DNA from: Squalus acanthias
Lineage: Eukaryota
DNA length: 64,000 nt
Reading direction: 5' to 3'
Assembly: GCA_030390025.1 (NCBI GenBank)
Contig: CM059433.1
Span: forward strand, 9,178,001 to 9,242,000
How positions within the stretch are numbered: position 1 is the stretch's first letter; the number at the start of each line of letters is the position of its first letter. The position numbers and the translations under genes were made by a program. Shown here in pieces: positions 61,765-64,000 of the stretch. The notes below the pieces were generated by a model. That model made no database searches. It saw only the letters and a list, made by a program, of their open reading frames with translations, and was not told where the DNA came from.

Positions 61765-61955
61765 AAAGGCTGCTGGATTGTCATAAAAACACAAATGATT
61801 CATGAATGTCCTTTAAGGAGGGAACTTGTCACCCCTACCTGGTCTGGCCTACACAACTCCAGCCACACATTACATAGTTGACACCTAATGCACTCTGGAC
61901 AACTAGGATTGGGCAATAAATACTACCGTGCCAATGTAGTCAACATCTCAACTAC
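61765..61955 (+). mobile_element. Degraded copy of the bipartite SINE family
   Basis: GCTGCTGGATTGTCATAAAAAC...CTGGTCTGGCCTA...GGGCAATAAAT. Confidence 0.6.
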
Positions 61956-62165
61956 AAAAAAAAGTTATGCACCAGCACTAGTGGTTCTTGTACATTGTCG
62001 CTGCTAGACAATTTAAATTTTCTAAGTGAGCTCAATGCAAATGATTGCTAACAAACTGCTTCCATCCTTGATAGGTTTATATGCCTACTCTTCCATCAGC
62101 TGATCAAAATGGGGTCCTTAAACCTACTGTTAACACATAAGCAAGATCCTTTGAACCACTACTAT

Positions 62166-62712
62166 AAGCCTTTCCACCATCTACAAGGCGCAAGTCAGGA
62201 GTGTGATGGAATACTCTCCACTTGCCTGGATGAGTGCAGCTCCAACAACACAAGAAGCTCGACACCATTTAGGACAAAGCAGCCCGCTTGATTGGCACCC
62301 CATCCACCACCTTAAACATTCACTCCCTCCACCACCGGCGTACCGTGGCTGCAGTGTGTACCATCTACAAGATGCACTGCAGCAACTCGCCAAGGCTTCT
62401 TTGGCAGCACCTCCCAAACCTGCAACCTCTACCATCTAGAAGGACAAAGGCAGCAGGCACATGGGAACACCACCACCTCCAAGTTCCGTTCCAAGTTACA
62501 TACCATCCTGACTTGGAAATATATTGCCGTTCCTTCATTGTCGCTAGGTCAAAATCCTGCAACTCCCTCCCTAACAGCACTGTGGGAGCACCTTCACCAC
62601 ACGGACTGCAGCGGTTCAAGTCGGCAGCTCACCACCACCTTCTCTCGGGCAACTAGGGATGGGCAATAAATGCTGGCTTTGCCAGCGACGCTCCCACATC
62701 TCAGGACCGAAT
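62166..62712 (+). mobile_element. Family-B LINE 3' end
   Basis: IGTPSTTLNIHSLHHRRTVAAVCTIYKMHCSNSPR; tail GGGCAATAAATGCTGGC. Confidence 0.9.
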
Positions 62713-63083
62713 TTAAAAAAAAATTCTGGACACTCAGAAAATGCTTTATCATCAAAGTAAATACATCCAGTTGCATCTGGAACCAGAAAGATTGGAAATT
62801 CTACATCCCAGCCAATAGTGTTTCCTGGAGACCCTCAGCACTCAGGCCAGAGTGAAGTCACACCTCTTCCTTTGCTCTTTTCTATGAAGATGCTCCAGGA
62901 CAAACAGTTTCAGTTGAGTCTATCCGTTTACTTTATAAAATGGAGTAGTTTAAACAGAAAGGAGTCTCCTGGACCTTCTTTCCCCTTTAACTAAATTGAC
63001 TCTCATAGCCAAACTCAAGCACTTCACGCTGAAAAGAATCTTACTGAAATGAAGAACGGGCTTTGTATTAAACAAATCCAGAT

Positions 63084-63666
63084 GGCTGGATTTTCCAGTT
63101 TCCCACTCGCACAGTGCGGGGGGACCCAGGAGACAGCGGAAAACCCGGAAGTTCGTGGAGTTTTAACTCCACAGCGTGCATGCAAGGTAAAGGACAGGCT
63201 GGCTTCCAGTCATGCGGGGAACACTGACCAGGAGGCCGCTGGACCAGGTAAGTGCTGGGCCTAGGATGGTGGGGAGGGTCCGATCCCTGACCCCGGGGCT
63301 GAGTCGTGATCCCTGGGTGGGGGTTCCAATCCCGGGAAGTGGTGGAGCTTGTGGGGCCAGGAGGAAGCACGCCTGCTCCTCCCGGCCCACAAGGATTGCT
63401 CCCCGAGGCTGAGGCCGCCTCGTTGCAGCTACCGGGAATCCAGAGCCCCGGGATCCCCGGCCGCCTGCAGTAATGAGGCTTCAGGCCTCATAATATTTAA
63501 ATTGCCAACTTGCCTCCTGGCAACAGGTTAGCTGTCCCCCCCAACCCCCACCCCACCTGAGTAAAAGGTGAAAGTGGGCAGGTTGGAGTCGGGTTTTAGA
63601 TTTTTACAACTTTCACTTCTCCCCATGCCTCCAACCCATCCGTTTTCTCCTGTGAAAATTCCGACC
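63084..63666. mobile_element. GC-rich putative MITE
   Basis: Imperfect termini GGCTGGATTTTCC and GAAAATTCCGACC. The right part resembles 43680-43860 (GCCTCAT..AATATTTAAAT...CCTCCTGG). Confidence 0.45.
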
Positions 63667-64000
63667 ATAGAATCAAGGTAAACATCTCTGGCAGTAACAG
63701 AATACATGTAGGGGTAAAGTTTCTGCTTTGGGCGCAATTGGCGATCTGGGCACAAATTGCGCTCAAAATTAGTTTTGGTAAGTTTTTCTCCCCCCCCTAG
63801 AGTTTCCGTGCATATCGCCAAATGCAAAATCTGCCATGAACCAGCGCAATTGAGCAGTGTTTTAGAACGTAATTTTTTTTTTTAAATGTTGCTTTAGAAA
63901 ATATTCCTTGATATATTTAAGAGTAATAACTTGGTGCAGTTTGATTAATACAGCTGAAAATGGGTTTATCACAAAAAATAAGCATTTTTAAATCAGTGTC

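Noticed and set aside
56072..64000. Search for the penultimate MBOAT2 exon
   Set aside because: No minus-strand segment resembling it was found; it probably lies beyond the window.

Overview
Repeat-dense vertebrate genomic DNA, almost certainly from a shark or other elasmobranch: it carries HE1-type V-SINEs, a DeuSINE (SacSINE1-like), AmnSINE2-like SINEs and HER1/CR1 LINEs. Most of the window is decayed transposable elements: many CR1 LINEs (some with an esterase ORF1, one nested antisense inside another), a second single-ORF CR1-group LINE with a derived bipartite SINE, L2s, Penelope-like elements (PLEs), a Harbinger transposase fossil and Harbinger-type MITEs. Host-gene content is all on the minus strand. 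It comprises the last coding exon of MBOAT2 (56071-55888, missed by the ORF track), a probable 3' UTR of about 6 kb, and a CpG-island promoter with a non-coding first exon (about 22085-21917), probably KIDINS220 by synteny only. Most notable observations: (1) about 230-bp fold-back PLE mini-elements with a hammerhead ribozyme on each strand, a one-sided tail and target-site duplications; (2) a promoter of about 340 bp clamped between two different minisatellites of about 50 units each; (3) a 106-bp identical tract, including shared stops and frameshifts, in two otherwise diverged inverted CR1 copies 38.5 kb apart (likely gene conversion); (4) a SINE built from both the 5' and 3' ends of a LINE present in the window. 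All calls were made by eye, with no database searches. Repeat boundaries are approximate unless a TSD is given.
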